The notes under the pieces were generated by a model. That model saw only the letters and a list, made by a program, of their open reading frames with translations, did no database searches and was not told the DNA's origin. From positions 40,548,001 to 40,612,000 of the forward strand of contig NC_043002.1 of the NCBI RefSeq assembly GCF_006345805.1: DNA of 64,000 bases, given 5' to 3'. The DNA is from Octopus sinensis (Eukaryota). The position numbers were made by a program, and so were the translations under genes. Shown piece after piece: positions 13,611 to 27,772 of this stretch (positions are counted from its first letter, which is position 1; every line of letters begins with the position of its first letter).

Positions 13611-14486
13611 GTAAAGTAACTGTTATCATAAATCTGGTGTTTGGAACATAAATTAATATGAAATGTTGATGGAAGTTTTAAATTTAGATTACTTTAAAAT
13701 AGGAAGTTTATATAACAGAACCAAGAATATTCTCAGGTGAGCTGGTATCAAAAGGATTAAACAGTATGATTTCTTTTGGATGGGTACAATATATTCAATC
13801 TCTAAATCCTTTACAACATCCAGAAAGCTATCTAAACAGACCAAACTTTCAAAGAATTTATTTCTGTTCTGTAAACTGTTTCTTATTCATGTTTCTTATT
13901 TATGAATGAAACTTTATAGTTTTATAAAGAAAGCTAGAAATTATGATATACATATAATTTTGAAACGCATTTTTGTGATAGAGCCAACTTGTAGGAAACT
14001 TAACTCTATTCCAAAAAGTTCATAATAATAGTAACAATCACTATTAGCATAGGTAACCAGCAAACATCTATGATTAAATTAAAATTTTCTACTTAAGCCT
14101 TTATCATCAGAGTATGTTGCTGTACAGATAAAAGTGGCAGAGAAAATTCAACACAATAAAGGGTTGTAGACATGTTTTGAAAGGGTCAGTCTGCAGACAT
14201 TCTTTAAAATGTGACATAGATGTTGTCGCTGTAATCATTACCATTTAACATCCACTTTTCCTAGCCTACATGGGTCCAACGAAATTTGTTGAGGCAGATT
14301 TTCAACAATCACATGCCCTTCCTATCATGAACCCAAATAAGAAAACATTTCTCATGGCCAGACATATTTTTCACTGAAGGCTGGGAATGAACAACATATT
14401 CATTTCATGACCACCACATGATATCAATACAAGGGTACACACAAACACATATGTACACACATATACACATGAGTATACATACATAC

Positions 14487-14530
<44 letters not shown>

Positions 14531-14537
14531 ACATACA

Positions 14538-14870
14538 ATGGGCTTCTTTCAGTTTCTTATTGCTTTATTGCCCACAAAGGGCTAAACATAGAGGGGACAA
14601 AAAAAGATGAAAGGCAAAGCCAACCTTGGCGGTATTTGAAGTTAGAATGTAACAGCAGACGAAATACTGCTAACCATTTTGTCCGGCATGCTAATGTTTC
14701 TGCCAGCTCGCCACCTTCTCTCAGTTTCTGTCAACCAAATCAAGTCAGAAAGCTTTGTTTGGTTTGTGGGTATAGTAGAAGGTACATGCCAAAGGTGCTG
14801 TGAAGTAGGATTGAACCCAAGACCACACAGTTGGGAAGCAAGTTTTGTAACCACACAGCCATGCCTGTGC
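14538..14870 (-). mobile_element. Family A SINE interrupted by a Deu/Nin-type SINE (14558-14720)
   Basis: The insert is flanked by a 9-bp direct repeat tcagtttct (14549-14557, 14721-14729). Confidence 0.75.
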
Positions 14871-15582
14871 CTACATAATTAAAATAATAAAAGAAGTAAG
14901 AAGGATTTACTATCTCTTCTATGAGAATACTACTCAACATTACTCCATATTTATACTTGTAAAACAAAAGTTTAAGGCTGATACACTTCTCACTTTAAAA
15001 AGAGAAATAAAAGTTACCTTCATGTTGTTTTGATGATGTTAAAATACAGTCAAACTACTTTTCAAAACAGTTTACTGTGAAATAGTCAAATATAGCTATT
15101 ACAATGAAGAAGTAGATAGATGAATAAAATGAGAGATAAATTGTGGCTGTGCAATAGAGAAAATGATACTATACTGTTTTTTTCCCCCCTTAAGCTTATT
15201 AGTTATCTCAAACATTTCATTACTTTCTGCATCAACATCTTGGGACCTATTTCTTTTCAATCTAGATCAACGTATCTTTCCAATCTCAGACTGATCTTTT
15301 TTCTTCTCAGTCTCCCAAGATTCAAACTTCTATTGAAGTTCTTTAATCATGCTTTCAATGTGAATCAAGTCTTCAACCTGTAACACCTTACTGAAAGCAT
15401 AGAGTTCAAAACTCTGTTGCTAAAATTTAAAAGTAAAACATGAGTTTTTTTGACCAATAGCCAAATAACCTTCGAATTAAACTTGTTAATTTTCACACAC
15501 ACACACACACACTACCTCCCTTCGTCACTCCTCTCTAAATTTAGGAATAATGGAGGCTCAATGTAGTTGCTTTCAGTGAAGA

Positions 15583-15910
15583 CACAGGGCTCAGTGGTTA
15601 GAGCACCAGGCTCACAATCATGAGATAGTGAGTTTGATTCCTGGACTGGGCTGTGTGTTGTGTTCTTGAGCAAGACACTTTATTTCATGTTGCTCCAGTT
15701 CACTCAGTTGTAGAAATGAGTTGTGATGTCACAGGTGCTAAGCCGTAATGTCCTTTGCCTTTCCCTAGGATAACATTGGTGGTGTGGAGAGCAGAGGCCG
15801 GTATGCATGGGTGACTACTGGTCTTCTATAAATAACCTTGCCCGGACTTGTGCCTCAGAGGGGAACTTCCTAGGTGCAATCCCATGATCATTCATGACCG
15901 AAGGGTTTTT
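15583..15910 (+). mobile_element. tRNA-derived SINE with CORE/V-like domain
   Basis: gctcagtggttagagca (A box), gtttgattcc (B box), gtgttcttgagcaagacactt core. Copies at 60893 and 55715. Confidence 0.8.
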
Positions 15911-18900
15911 TACTTTTTTCTTTTTTCGTGTGGTTGCTCAACTTATCAAAAATGGTAGCTTAATTTCAAATCACATCCTACCTTTAAAAAAGGACACATT
16001 AGATAATGTAAGTACACTAGGTCTAAACAGAAGACAAGATGGTCCTGAGTGAAGTGTCTGTAACCTGTGATGATAGGTCTGCTTGGGGATGAAACAGCAA
16101 TAACAACATCACTGCTTTGCTTTTTGCATTATAGAAGTAATAAAGTTTCTTCCTTCTATTAAAAAAGTATTAATCCACTGGTTATCCATTTTAAATGGCT
16201 GGAGTGAAATGATAAAACAATATTCAAGGGATTATTAAAATGTCTAGAGGGAAAAGTTCAGATTGAAGCAAACCAGCTGCAAAAAGTCAACGTTGCAGAA
16301 AATCCTGTCAGTTCTGCAGGGCTGGCAATAGGAAGTGCAGGGTCCAATTAGAGAATTGTCAGTGGGGTCCTCTACTCTGCAAGTACTGAAGATTGATGTT
16401 TTATGCTTTGTGTAGTATGCTAGACCCAGACAAAAAGCATTGAAGACTTGAGGTTACATCGTTAGCCACAATGATATACTAAAATTTCATCATAGTGTCT
16501 TCTGCTTGAGTGTATGTACAGGGTTCAATTAGAACAAATCTGTCTAATTGGCTTATACCTTGACTGAGCACTCAAAAGCAACCAACAGATTCTGCATCCT
16601 TGATATGTCAAGTTTCAAGTCTAGTTAGAGGTTATTCCTTGCACAATATTCCAAAATCTAAGGTTTATATTTTACTGTCCTGTAGAGTAAAATAACCTAC
16701 CCTTTATTATGAGAAATACATTCACTTTACTTACTTAAGCACTTTACTTCCTAAGAAGCATAGGCTATCAATGAATTTTCCCCACTGTTTCCAACTCGGG
16801 GGTGTAAGGCGTTCCTCTCCCACATTTTGAAGGTTTTGAATGGTCATTGATGTTTCAGTAATTTTGCTTTTTTCTAGTTAAGAGTACTGACCCTATGTAA
16901 ACTCATTTTTACCTCTGGGAAAATGGTCTTCTTGTAGATGTGGTCTATGATGCTTGTGTGCATAGCAACAACACTATTCCTATAACAGTATCCATTCTAG
17001 CCCATTGTCGAGCTTTGTAGAGGGTTAGCAACTGATAAGAGCTGGAATATTTCCGGGCTCAAGAGAAGAATTCTAGTCTTTGCAATAATTTTGGCAATGT
17101 CATACATATCAGAGCCACACAAGGGATGGTCATTATAGATTTGGAAACCTGGTGCTGGGAATTTCAAGGTTTCAGTTGTGTTCTACTGATGAATTATAGA
17201 GTACATAGACTTATATACACATATGTACCTATATCTATATACATTATATAACTAAATATCTGTGAACTCTGAGGCCTCCTGATTACTTGTGTCTTAGGTT
17301 TCATTGAAGCACTTACAAAAGTCACACTTTATTCATAGTCTGTCAACAAATTCTGCTATGACTACCAAATACTTAATTCATTTGCTACTGCTTCAGTAAT
17401 ACTAAGATGACTTAAGACTAAATTTATTGTGAAATTCAATGTATTTATACCCGGCTATACATTAATTTACAACGAGTTAACAGGTAATTCTAACCATACT
17501 TTTTGCACTTCACCTATTATTTGCAGTATTTTCATTCAGACACTGAAATTGTTATTTAATAGATGCCTTAGCTCCTTTGACTCTTTTTATGCTTTTCAAG
17601 ACTGTCTAATAACTTTAGAACATTTCATGTTGCAGCTGTAACTTCTCAGGTGGTCATTTATCATCCTTATCTTTCATAAAAATCTGATAGTCTAATTGTC
17701 TTGATACCAGACCAACTTAGACTGCCCCTTGTTCTATGTTAAAATCTCTTTGTTTAAATTGGTATGTATTAAAACCTCCCATTAAATTTGTATCTTAACT
17801 AATGTTCCAAGCAAGAGTTTAATAATGACACATATTTTACTAAAGTTGTTGTTGGCAGCAGCAGTGGCATTGGTGGTGGTGGCATCATCATTTAATGTCT
17901 GTTTTCCATGCTAGAATGGTCTGACAGGAGCTGGCAAGAGTTAGATGCTCTTCTTAGTACCAACCATTTCACAGAGTGTGTCTCATATCTTTGAAAATTA
18001 ATAGAGACGAAAGCAGTATTTTTTTTTGTCTTTTTTTTCACCAGAAATATGGTAACAAAAAGGTGAAAACGTAAAAAAAAAAAGCATTTTGACTAGCCAA
18101 CTTCACAACAACAATTCCTGAGATGTTTCATAGTCGTCCTTATGTTTATGCTCTGAAATGCTTTCCCCACTCTGTCATAAACAACTTCTACAAATGAACA
18201 CTTTTATGACTTCACAGAGTAAAGGACTTTGCTATCTTAGTTATACATTTGTGCAAGAATTTCTTACAACAATACTTTTGTCTCGTCTCTTTTTTTTTGT
18301 CTATGAAGGCAAGTGCACCCTTATCATTTCAGACAGACAAACTTTATTCCATCGACATATTGATTTTCATTGTGATGTTCTTATATTTCAACTTAAAAGG
18401 AATTATGTTTCTTATCATCTCAACAGATAACATACTCAGTGCTTCTCTATCAACTAGATAAACCATCTATCTAATCTTAGCTTCTAGGTATAGTTCCTTG
18501 TTGTTATTCCCTTCCATTCTTTCATCTTAAGATACCAAAATTCATAGCATAAATATTCCATGATTCTTTCTTTCAAAGTTAAAAGTTACAAGAGAAATAC
18601 ACAAAAATAACTTAAATCCACTTTTTAAGGAAGTGACATGGTTAATCGATTGATAAATAGACATGTATAGATATACACACAAACATGCGTGTGCACACAG
18701 ATGCACACAGAGAGCTTTCTTTTTATTTAAATAAGCATTTATTTGTAAGCTCACAAATTTTACACAATACTAGCAAATACATGTGTATATGTATGTGTGA
18801 GTACATGCAATAACAGATGGAGATGTGAATATATGCATGTGTGTACAAACAAACCTAAAGTTTAAAAAGTAGCTAAAGATATGTGCGCACACACACAAAT

Positions 18901-19231
18901 ATATTCGTCTATCAATCTATATATATATATATGCAAATATATACAGACAAATATAGGCATATACATTCATATATATGCACACAAATATAGGCATATATAT
19001 ACATATATATGCACACACACACACACACACATATATATACACACATATGCACACACACACACATATATACACACATATGCATACACACACACACACGCAT
19101 ATATACACACATATGCACACACACACACACACATATATACACACATATGCACACACACACACACACATATATATATACACACATACATATATATGCACAC
19201 ACTAATACATCTAACTATCTATCTATCTATC

Positions 19232-19263
<32 letters not shown>

Positions 19264-19306
19264 AAACAAAAAAGATGACACTAGAAAAACCAAATATTAC
19301 ATAATG

Positions 19307-19615
19307 AACTTCATTAGCTTACAGTTGTTTCTGCAATAAGATGTGGTGGACTCTTAACTGAGTATCAGGATATCATCCTATAGCTTCATAAGAGCCTTGA
19401 AAACCAAATGCACTTTATTTTTTCCTACCTTGGGATAAAACTTTCCCTATCCATCAACATAAACTTTCTCACTCATGTACCTGTATGTTCTGAAAATGTA
19501 ACTTTTTCAAATAAAGTACACTTCATATTCAAGGATCTGATGAAGCTATAAAATGTTATCTCAACTAAAAGTCCACCACATTTTATAGGAGAAACAGCTG
19601 TAAGCTAATGGAGTT
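19307..19615. repeat. Foldback element with ~90-bp imperfect inverted arms, each with hammerhead-like motifs
   Basis: Arms 19307-19401 and 19528-19615. Plus strand: CTGATGA 19537-19543, GAAAC 19591-19595, GTA 19600-19602. Confidence 0.7.
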
Positions 19616-19882
19616 CTTTACATAACAGTTGGTTTTTCCAGGTCATCTCTTTGTTTTCTTTTACCACTCCATACTCATATAACATTGTGTTCTTGACCAT
19701 ACGTATACTGAGTTCAACACCAGGTTATCAGACTTGCTATGCCTAAGTGAAGTATTTACATACATATACATACATACATACAATTGTTAAACAGGACAGT
19801 AAACATTAAGGCAAGGCAAACATCTCAAGTCAAATACAATATTATTATAGGAAGAAATTCAAAATCTTACAGGAAGAAGTAA

Positions 19883-20279
19883 TCTTTATATATAAAAGAG
19901 AGGTTGTGTGCTGTCTGTCTCCTACGATTTAGATTCCTAACTACTCCCACATTTTGCAGTGCAGTTTAACCAAAACCGGGTATCTTATAGTCGTGATTCA
20001 TATCGAGCCCTTCTGGGTATTAGCGCGCGTCTACGATGAGTCTACGATTTAAAAAAAAAATTACCATCAATTTTTCACATTTTTAATGCATTTTTTGGCA
20101 TATATAGGGGAAGTAACTCTTTAAAAATTTATTATTAAATCTCAGAACGTAAAAAGCTACAGTAACACCCCACCTTTGTGGTTAGCCATATTGAGATGGC
20201 TATTATACTTTACATCTCTAAAAATGCTTATATAGTTATTTCCCTTACAAACCCGAGCAACGCCGGGCGATACTGCTAG
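19883..20279 (+). mobile_element. Non-autonomous Helitron
   Basis: A|TC start, CTAG|T end, subterminal hairpin cccg-agcaacgc-cggg (20252-20267), and no TSD. Confidence 0.85.
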
Positions 20280-20501
20280 TATTGTATATGACTTGAGATG
20301 TTTGCCTTGCCTTAATGCTTAACAATTATATATTCACTGCATTGGAAATCTGCAATGGCTCCATAATTACCACCTCGGCTATAACCTTGGAGCCCCAGTA
20401 GTTTGTTACAGCACTTACCTAACGTACCTAATTGTTCAGATCACCTGTGAACTAAATTCTCATACTTTGTACACACACACACACATATACTTATATATAT
20501 A

Positions 20502-20591
20502 TTGGATCAGCCCATAAATAATGAGTTTTTTTTCAATTGCTTGAACTAAAAGTCGGAGGGGCATATACATACATATATATGTATGTATATG

Positions 20592-20633
<42 letters not shown>

Positions 20634-21912
20634 TGCATATGTATATAGATATATATATATGTATATACATATGTATGTATGTACATATACATACATATAT
20701 ATGATGCAGGTAGTTTATCCCTGCATCACAAACCACCTGCATCAACTTGCTATAAAAGCAGGTAGTAATTTTACCTTAATCTTATTCTTAGTGCAAGTTT
20801 TGAAGAGTGTAGTTCAATTTTAACAGTTATTTTTTCAAAGCAATAATGGAAGTGACAAAGGAACATATTCAGCATATTTTGCTTTATGAGTTCAATAAAG
20901 GCAACAATGCAATGGAAAGTGTGAGGAATATTAATGCAGTATATGGGGATTGGAAAATAAGTGTAAGCCAGTGTCAACAGTGGTTCCAGAAATTATGAGC
21001 CAGAAACTACAGCCTAGAAGAGAAGCCTCATCGTGGAAGGTCTGTAGAAATCAAGAACATCCTGCAAACCCTGGTGGAACAAAATCCCACGTAATTGTTG
21101 AGGAACTAGCAGAGAAGCTTGGATTTGGTCATATATCAACACCTGGAAAAGTCAGCAAATTGTGGGTTCCTCACAAATGTTCTGAGTCTAATTGTGTGCA
21201 GAGAGTGAATGTGTGATCTTCTTTGCAGCCATGTCTCATGAATGAACCTTTTTTGGACTGGATAGTGACTGGAGACAAGAAATGGGTTCTCTATAAAAAT
21301 GCCAAGTGCCAAAGACAGTGGGCAGGGAAAGGAGAAACACCAGCACCTCAGGCTAAAGAAGGTCTTCACCCATGTAAGATGTTGTTATTTGTTTGGTGGG
21401 ATATGAAATGTTTAGCCCACTTGAACTTTCAAACGCCAACCAAACAATAACAAGGGAGATCTACTGCAAGCAGCTTAAGCCAGAGCTAAAAGAAAAATGA
21501 CCATCTTTGCTTTCAAGATGAAAGGTGTGCTTCCATTAGGATAATACTCAGCCACATACAGTGAGGATGACATTCCAAAGGATGAAGCAGTTTGAATGGG
21601 AAACGATGTCCCACCCACCATATTCACTGGACATTGCCCCATCTAATTATCATTTATTCCGCAGTCTTCAAAATCATTTGGACAGAAAAAATATTAATTC
21701 TGTTGACAAGGTCAGAACAGTACTGGAGGAGTATTTTTCATCACGGACAGATGAATTTTGGAAGAGGGGCCTTGCAAGTCTACCAGATAGATGGAAGAGC
21801 ATTGTAGAAAATGAAGGAGAATATATTTTAGATTAAAAAAGAAATTTGTTTTTCTTAATTTTGAAAAATAAAAGAAGTATAAAAAAACCACATTATTTTT
21901 GGGATGACCCAA
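20502..21912 (+). mobile_element. Decayed full-length mariner (DD34D) transposon
   Basis: TA-flanked TIRs (ttggatcagcccataaataatg / cattatttttgggatgacccaa). Motifs WVPH, IVTGDKKW, HPPYSLDIAPSNYHLFRSL. Frameshifted, with a microsatellite inside the 5' region. Confidence 0.95.
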
Positions 21913-22577
21913 TATATATATATATAAAACTAATTTAAAGATGAACCACCATTCCACAACTCAGTCAATGAAGAACCTGTCCAAAACCATGCTGTGAGAC
22001 ATATACCATACAAAATACTAATCTAAAATTTTAATAATATATAATATTGAACAGTAAGATTAATACAATCATATAATATATAAGAGCAAATACTTTTAAA
22101 ATCACAGTGAATACCATACAAAGAAATATTCATCATAAAATTATTAATCTAAAATCAAATAAAGTATAAATTGAACAATAAACAATAATACAATAATATA
22201 ATGTATAAAAGTACATGTATAAAAGTACATGTATAAAAGTAAGTACATGTACACCGACTACGCGCATTTCATGGCTGCATTAGGACTATATAAAATCATA
22301 TAAGCAAACCATATCCAAGTTCATTAGAATGGAAAAATGATTTTACTTCCAAAAGCAGTCACTCCTCAGGTCAAATTCCTAAAAAAACCCTAAAAACTAA
22401 AAGTTTAACTTGCCTCATGATATGATAAGGAATAAAAAATAAGGAAATATATATATATATATAAAGAAACAAAACCTTTAATTTAATCCCTAGGTTAAAG
22501 ACTTTAATATTATTAAAAGTTATGAACTAAAATATTCCAATAGAGTATTATTGTGAACAAGATTAATTCATTATGGA

Positions 22578-22998
22578 GAAGGTAGTGGAAACTATCAACT
22601 ACTTCTAGTTTCTCCCCCTGCAGTGTGATGGAATCTGTTTTCTGAGTATCTGTGGTGTATATTGCTCCTGTGCATCTGCCGCACACAAAAGCTATCTTCT
22701 CAGTTAATTTTCCTTTGATGTTGCTGCACCTCTTATATGTTCATAGCTTACACTGGGTACATCTTATGGAGTTTCTACCTACACCTTTTCTACAGATCGA
22801 GCAGGGCCACCTACCAAAAGGGGTGTGTGATGAGTTCGCCTTCCTACTTACTAGAACTTTGGTCTTTGCTACATTGATCCTAAGGCCTTTTGATTCTAAA
22901 CCTAGCTTCCACACACAAAATTTCTTTTCTAGTTCTGGTAGTGATTCTACTATGAGGGCCAGGTCATGAGCATTGAGGAGCTCCCAGGGGCAACCCAT
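22578..22998 (-). mobile_element. RTE LINE RT/thumb fragment with Cys-rich insert
   Basis: ELLNAHDLAL (YADD-like), GLRINVAKTKV, GRWPCSICRKGVGRNSIRCTQC. Confidence 0.9.
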
Positions 22999-23029
22999 CT
23001 TGAATATATATATATATATATATATATTG

Positions 23030-23400
23030 TCAAGCAGTATATTACTGGATGGTTATAATTTCTTTAAAAGATATGGTTTAAGTATTACTATTTATAATGA
23101 GAACTATAATGTTAATTTTAATTTAATAACGGGTAAAACCCAACCATTCCATAAAATTAATGAAAATCTCAGATATATTAATGCTTATAGTAATCATCCA
23201 CCTTCTGTGAAAAAAAGCGTTGATAAATAATGTATGTAAAAGAATATCATTACTTTCTTATAATTTAGAGATTTTTAATAAACATACACCTTATAATAAA
23301 GTCCTGCATGAGGAGAATGTAATAATAATATTAAATTCTTTAATATTTGTAAACATAATTATAATTTGAAAGAGTATAATATAAATGATTTTTATAATGA
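23030..23400 (+). mobile_element. Penelope-like RT thumb fragment (AT-eroded)
   Basis: QPFHKINENLRYINAYSNHPPSVKK..KRISLLS..EIFNK matches the PLE motif YKP..K....YI...SNHPP. Confidence 0.75.
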
Positions 23401-23665
23401 TAAACCTAATTATCTAAATTATGATAAATTTTATTTAGGTATCTATCGTCCTAATAATAATAGGTATTTTGATGATGTAAATAATACATTTAATATTGGA
23501 ATAAAAAATAAAAATATAAATAAAAATAAAAATGAAAATAAGATAAAATTTAATTCAATTAATGAAGATAATAAATTTAATAATATAACAAAAAATATAA
23601 TAATAATAATAGATAGACAAGATAAGATAAAGGCTGATAATGATGAATTGAGAGAGTAAACCTCC

Positions 23666-23698
<33 letters not shown>

Positions 23699-23773
23699 AT
23701 ATATGAATATATATACACCCACAAACATACATGTATATGTATACATATGCATATATATATACATGTATGTATA

Positions 23774-23819
<46 letters not shown>

Positions 23820-23844
23820 GTATGTTTGTAGGTGTATATATATA

Positions 23845-24375
23845 TCATCATCATCATCATCATCATCATTTAGCGTCCGTTCTCCATGCTAGCATGGGTT
23901 GGACGGTTCAACTGGGGTCTGGGGAGCCCGAAGGCTGCACCAGGCCAGTCAGATCTGGCAGTGTTTCTACAGCTGGATGCCCTTCCTAACGCCAACCACT
24001 CCGAGAGTGTAGTGGGTGATTTTATGTGCCACCGACACAGGTGCCAGACGAGGCTGGCGAACGGCCACGCTCGGATGGTGTTTTTATGTGCCACCGACAC
24101 AGGTGCCAGACGAGGCTGGCAGACGGCCACGCTCGGATGGTGTTTTTATGTGCCACCGACACAGGTGCCAGATGAGGCTGGCAGGTGCCAGACGAGGCTG
24201 GCAGACGGCCACGCTCGGATGGTGTTTTTATGTGCCACCGACACAGGTGCCAGATGAGGCTGGCGGACGGCCACGATCGGATGGTGTTTGTTACGTCCCC
24301 AAAGCACGGAGGCCAGTCTATGCGGTACTGGCTACGGCCACGTTCGGATGATTTTCTTGTGTGCCACCGGCATAA
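23845..24375 (-). mobile_element. RTE 3' UTR fragment with expanded ~59-bp tandem units
   Basis: ttttatgtgccaccgacacaggtgccagacgaggctggc..acggccacgctcggatggtg repeated about 4 times. Confidence 0.85.
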
Positions 24376-25488
24376 TAATAAATTTGTACTCTACAAAAAT
24401 ATAGAGTAACCTATCAGATTTATGTAAAATTGTTTTTACTATAACTGAACATAAAGATACACACACACACACACACATACATACACACACACACACACAC
24501 ACAAACATATGTTCAGTTAGATTCATAACTATTACTTGCAAGTTTAGAACTCTTCATTGAGTATCATGAGCCAGACCGCTTCCAGCATAGAAGTGTGGTT
24601 TAGTAGTATTAGTAGTATTTTAGGTTATGTTGTACAAAGCAAATGTAGGAAAAAATATGATAAACACAAGTTTATATGATTTGCTGTCAATGTACATTTC
24701 TCCATTGTGGTTACTTGCAAACTCTGCATTGGATGTTCCAAATATAGTTGGATGCTGAACAACAATACATCATCAGGGGAACAATTTCTTGTAATATGTT
24801 ACACAGAACATAGATCAAATGCCTGAATTTGGATAGATGGCAAGACTTTTTATATGCATGTTGAGAGGGAAGTAAATGGAGAGCAAAAGGCAGGGAGAAA
24901 TAGAGAGAGAAAAACAAACAAAAGAGAGGAAGCAAAGGCAGAGAAGTGGCTAAAGAAAGAAAGAAAGAAAGGAGTTATAGGAAAAGGCTAAAAAGGCGAA
25001 GGGGAAGGCGACAGAGACAGTGCAAAGGTGTGTTTTGTTTGGGTCAGCCTTTCAGCCAATGCCAAGCCTTTGAATATTTTAGAATTACATCTAGAAAACA
25101 GATATGCACATCCATTAATACAAACAGATACAAGTTAAATACAGAAACAAAAAAATATACAAAGATGTAATAGTGTAAAAGGGTCATGTATATTTAGAGA
25201 TAAACAAATAACCCAGTACACAAACATACACACATGCATACATGTGTATGTGCAGACAAGAGTACACACACTAACACAAACACACACATGATCAAACTGA
25301 CCCCAATGAAGATGGTTTTGGTCTGTTCAGCAAGACTTACATTACATAGTAAACTCCATAGGAAGAGTACAGTGAAAATACCATAGGGAGTGGAAAAACC
25401 CAATGTTTTGGAAAAACCTTCCTCAGAGAAATGTTGAATAGAGAGGATTAATTAGAGACATTGATTATATAGATACACACACTCATGC

Positions 25489-25536
<48 letters not shown>

Positions 25537-25589
25537 CATACATATATATACATGTATGTATATATATATATATGTGTGTGTGTGTATAT

Positions 25590-25810
25590 ATATTCTTTTA
25601 CTCTTTTACTTGTTTCAGTCATTTGACTGCGGCCATGCTGGAGCACCGCCTTTAGTTGAGCAACTTGACCCCGGGACTTATTCTTTGTAAGCCCAGTACT
25701 TATTCTATTGGTCTCTTTTGCCAAACTGATAAGTGACGGGGACATAAACACACCAGCATCGGTTGTCAAGCAATGCTAGGGGGACAAACACAGATACACA
25801 AACACACACG

Positions 25811-25862
<52 letters not shown>

Positions 25863-26025
25863 TGCGACGGGCTTCTTTCAGTTTCTGTCTACCAAATCCA
25901 CTCACAAGGCTTTGGTCGGCCCAAGGCTATAGTAGAAGACACTTCCCCAAGGTGCCACGCAGTGGGACTGAACCCGGAACCATGCAGTTGGTAAGCAAGC
26001 TACTTACCACACAGCCACTCCTGCA
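25590..26025 (-). mobile_element. Young complete bipartite SINE (A head, (TA)n, B tail)
   Basis: CpG-retaining copies of both blocks. Confidence 0.85.
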
Positions 26026-26068
<43 letters not shown>

Positions 26069-26499
26069 TGTTGTGTCTAAGGAGAGTCCTTCTCTTTTAG
26101 TACCTTATAAATTTAACACTCTCACTGGTAAAATTTCCACTTATTTCTTTCCTTTTTTCTAAAATTTTCATTGCGTCTTGCAACCTTTTCATTAGTTTTG
26201 ACTGTCCATTATTCACACTGCATTCCTTTTTGTTTGTTTGTGTGCATGTGTGTGGCTTAGTGTGTGTGTGTGTGTGCATATACATGCATATGTGTGTGTA
26301 TGCATGTATTTATGTATGTGTCTACATTTGTATGTATGTATTCTGCATATTTATGTGTTTGCGTGTCGGTATTTGTGTGTTTTTATGTATGTGTGTTTGT
26401 ATATGTGTGTGTGTACCTCTGTCTCATTGTGTGTGCATGTCTGAATGTGTGTGTGGATAAGATGCGGATGTTAAGTTGACCCAGGTTGCCTCCATGTTG

Positions 26500-27040
26500 G
26501 TAGAGTATGGATGACTGTCTTTTGTCGTCATATTGTCTCAAATGTTCATTTAGTCATTATGCAATGCTCCTAGATGTCTCTCCTATGTATGCCATGTTCA
26601 TGTCTTTACAAGCACCTTCTATGCATCTGATGCAGTAAACTACAATTCTAGTTCTACAGTTAATACCAGGGCTAATCCTACATACCATGCAGTTATCATT
26701 GGCACATATGGTATTCTCAAAGGAGTACATCCTACATAGTTGTGATCTGATGGAATTTGCTGGCTTTTCAACAATCTTAATGTTGAGTTTGGTCTCCTTC
26801 AGAGCTTTTCTAAATCTACGGGTGAGTTCTCCATGGGCTGTGACATCTACAAACATCACTCCTTGATATTTTTCAGTTTTATACCATGTGTTCACTCTGT
26901 TTGCTTCGTCACAAGTTCTTTGTATCCTATTCCAATCTTTGTTTCTATATCAAGGGCAGGTACCACTGGTATCATTACATATAATGTTATCTAATTTCTT
27001 TCTAGCACCCCTGTATACTCGAACGCTATCTTTCTGATCA
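26500..27040 (-). mobile_element. Penelope-like element (Neptune-like) linker + Zn finger + GIY-YIG fragment
   Basis: NTWYK, C-x4-C-x2-C linker, VVYCIRC..C...YIGETSRS. The clade call is from recall. Confidence 0.85.
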
Positions 27041-27299
27041 TATCACTACATACATAGATGCGTGTATATGTACACACACACTAACCCACACACATGCACA
27101 CAAACAAACAAAAAGGAACGCAGTGTGAATAACTGACAGGGTCAAAACTATTGAAAAGGTTACAAGACACAATGAAAATTTTAGAAAAATAAATAAAGAA
27201 ATAAGTGGAAATTTTACTGGTGAGTGTGTTAAATTAAAAGGCACTAAAAGAGAATGACTCTCCCTAGACACAACAGTATATGCTTCAACATGCAAACTC

Positions 27300-27453
27300 A
27301 CATAAAAAAATTCACCATCTACTTAAATAACTGTTTCCATTTGCTTGGCAGACGGTCAGACCATCATTTAAAGATGTTTTTGTGAAATATTGTTGTTGGT
27401 TTTGTTGAATAAAATTTGTTGAAAAAAGTCGCAATAATTATGCACCAACCCAA
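27300..27453 (-). mobile_element. Internally deleted mariner remnant
   Basis: TIR ttgggttggtgcataattattgcgac next to a C-terminal DRLPSKW-like remnant. Confidence 0.65.
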
Positions 27454-27650
27454 TACATATATATATATGTATGTATGTCTTCAGACCCATAGAACTTCAG
27501 GCATATGTTCTGTGTAGCATAATGCAATAAAATGTTTCCCTGATGATATGTTGCAGTTCAGCATCCAAGTGTACTAGGAACATCCAACACAAAGGTCACA
27601 AATAATATAAACTTGTATTTATCATAATTTATCATTTATACATATATATA

Positions 27651-27708
<58 letters not shown>

Positions 27709-27772
27709 GGAGTAAGCACATAAATGTGAAACAAGGTGGAAAAAAGAGTACTCAAATACCAGCGGTAGATTT

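Noticed and set aside
15583-15660. tRNA gene
   Set aside because: It has A and B boxes but no complete cloverleaf, and it continues into a SINE body found elsewhere in the window.
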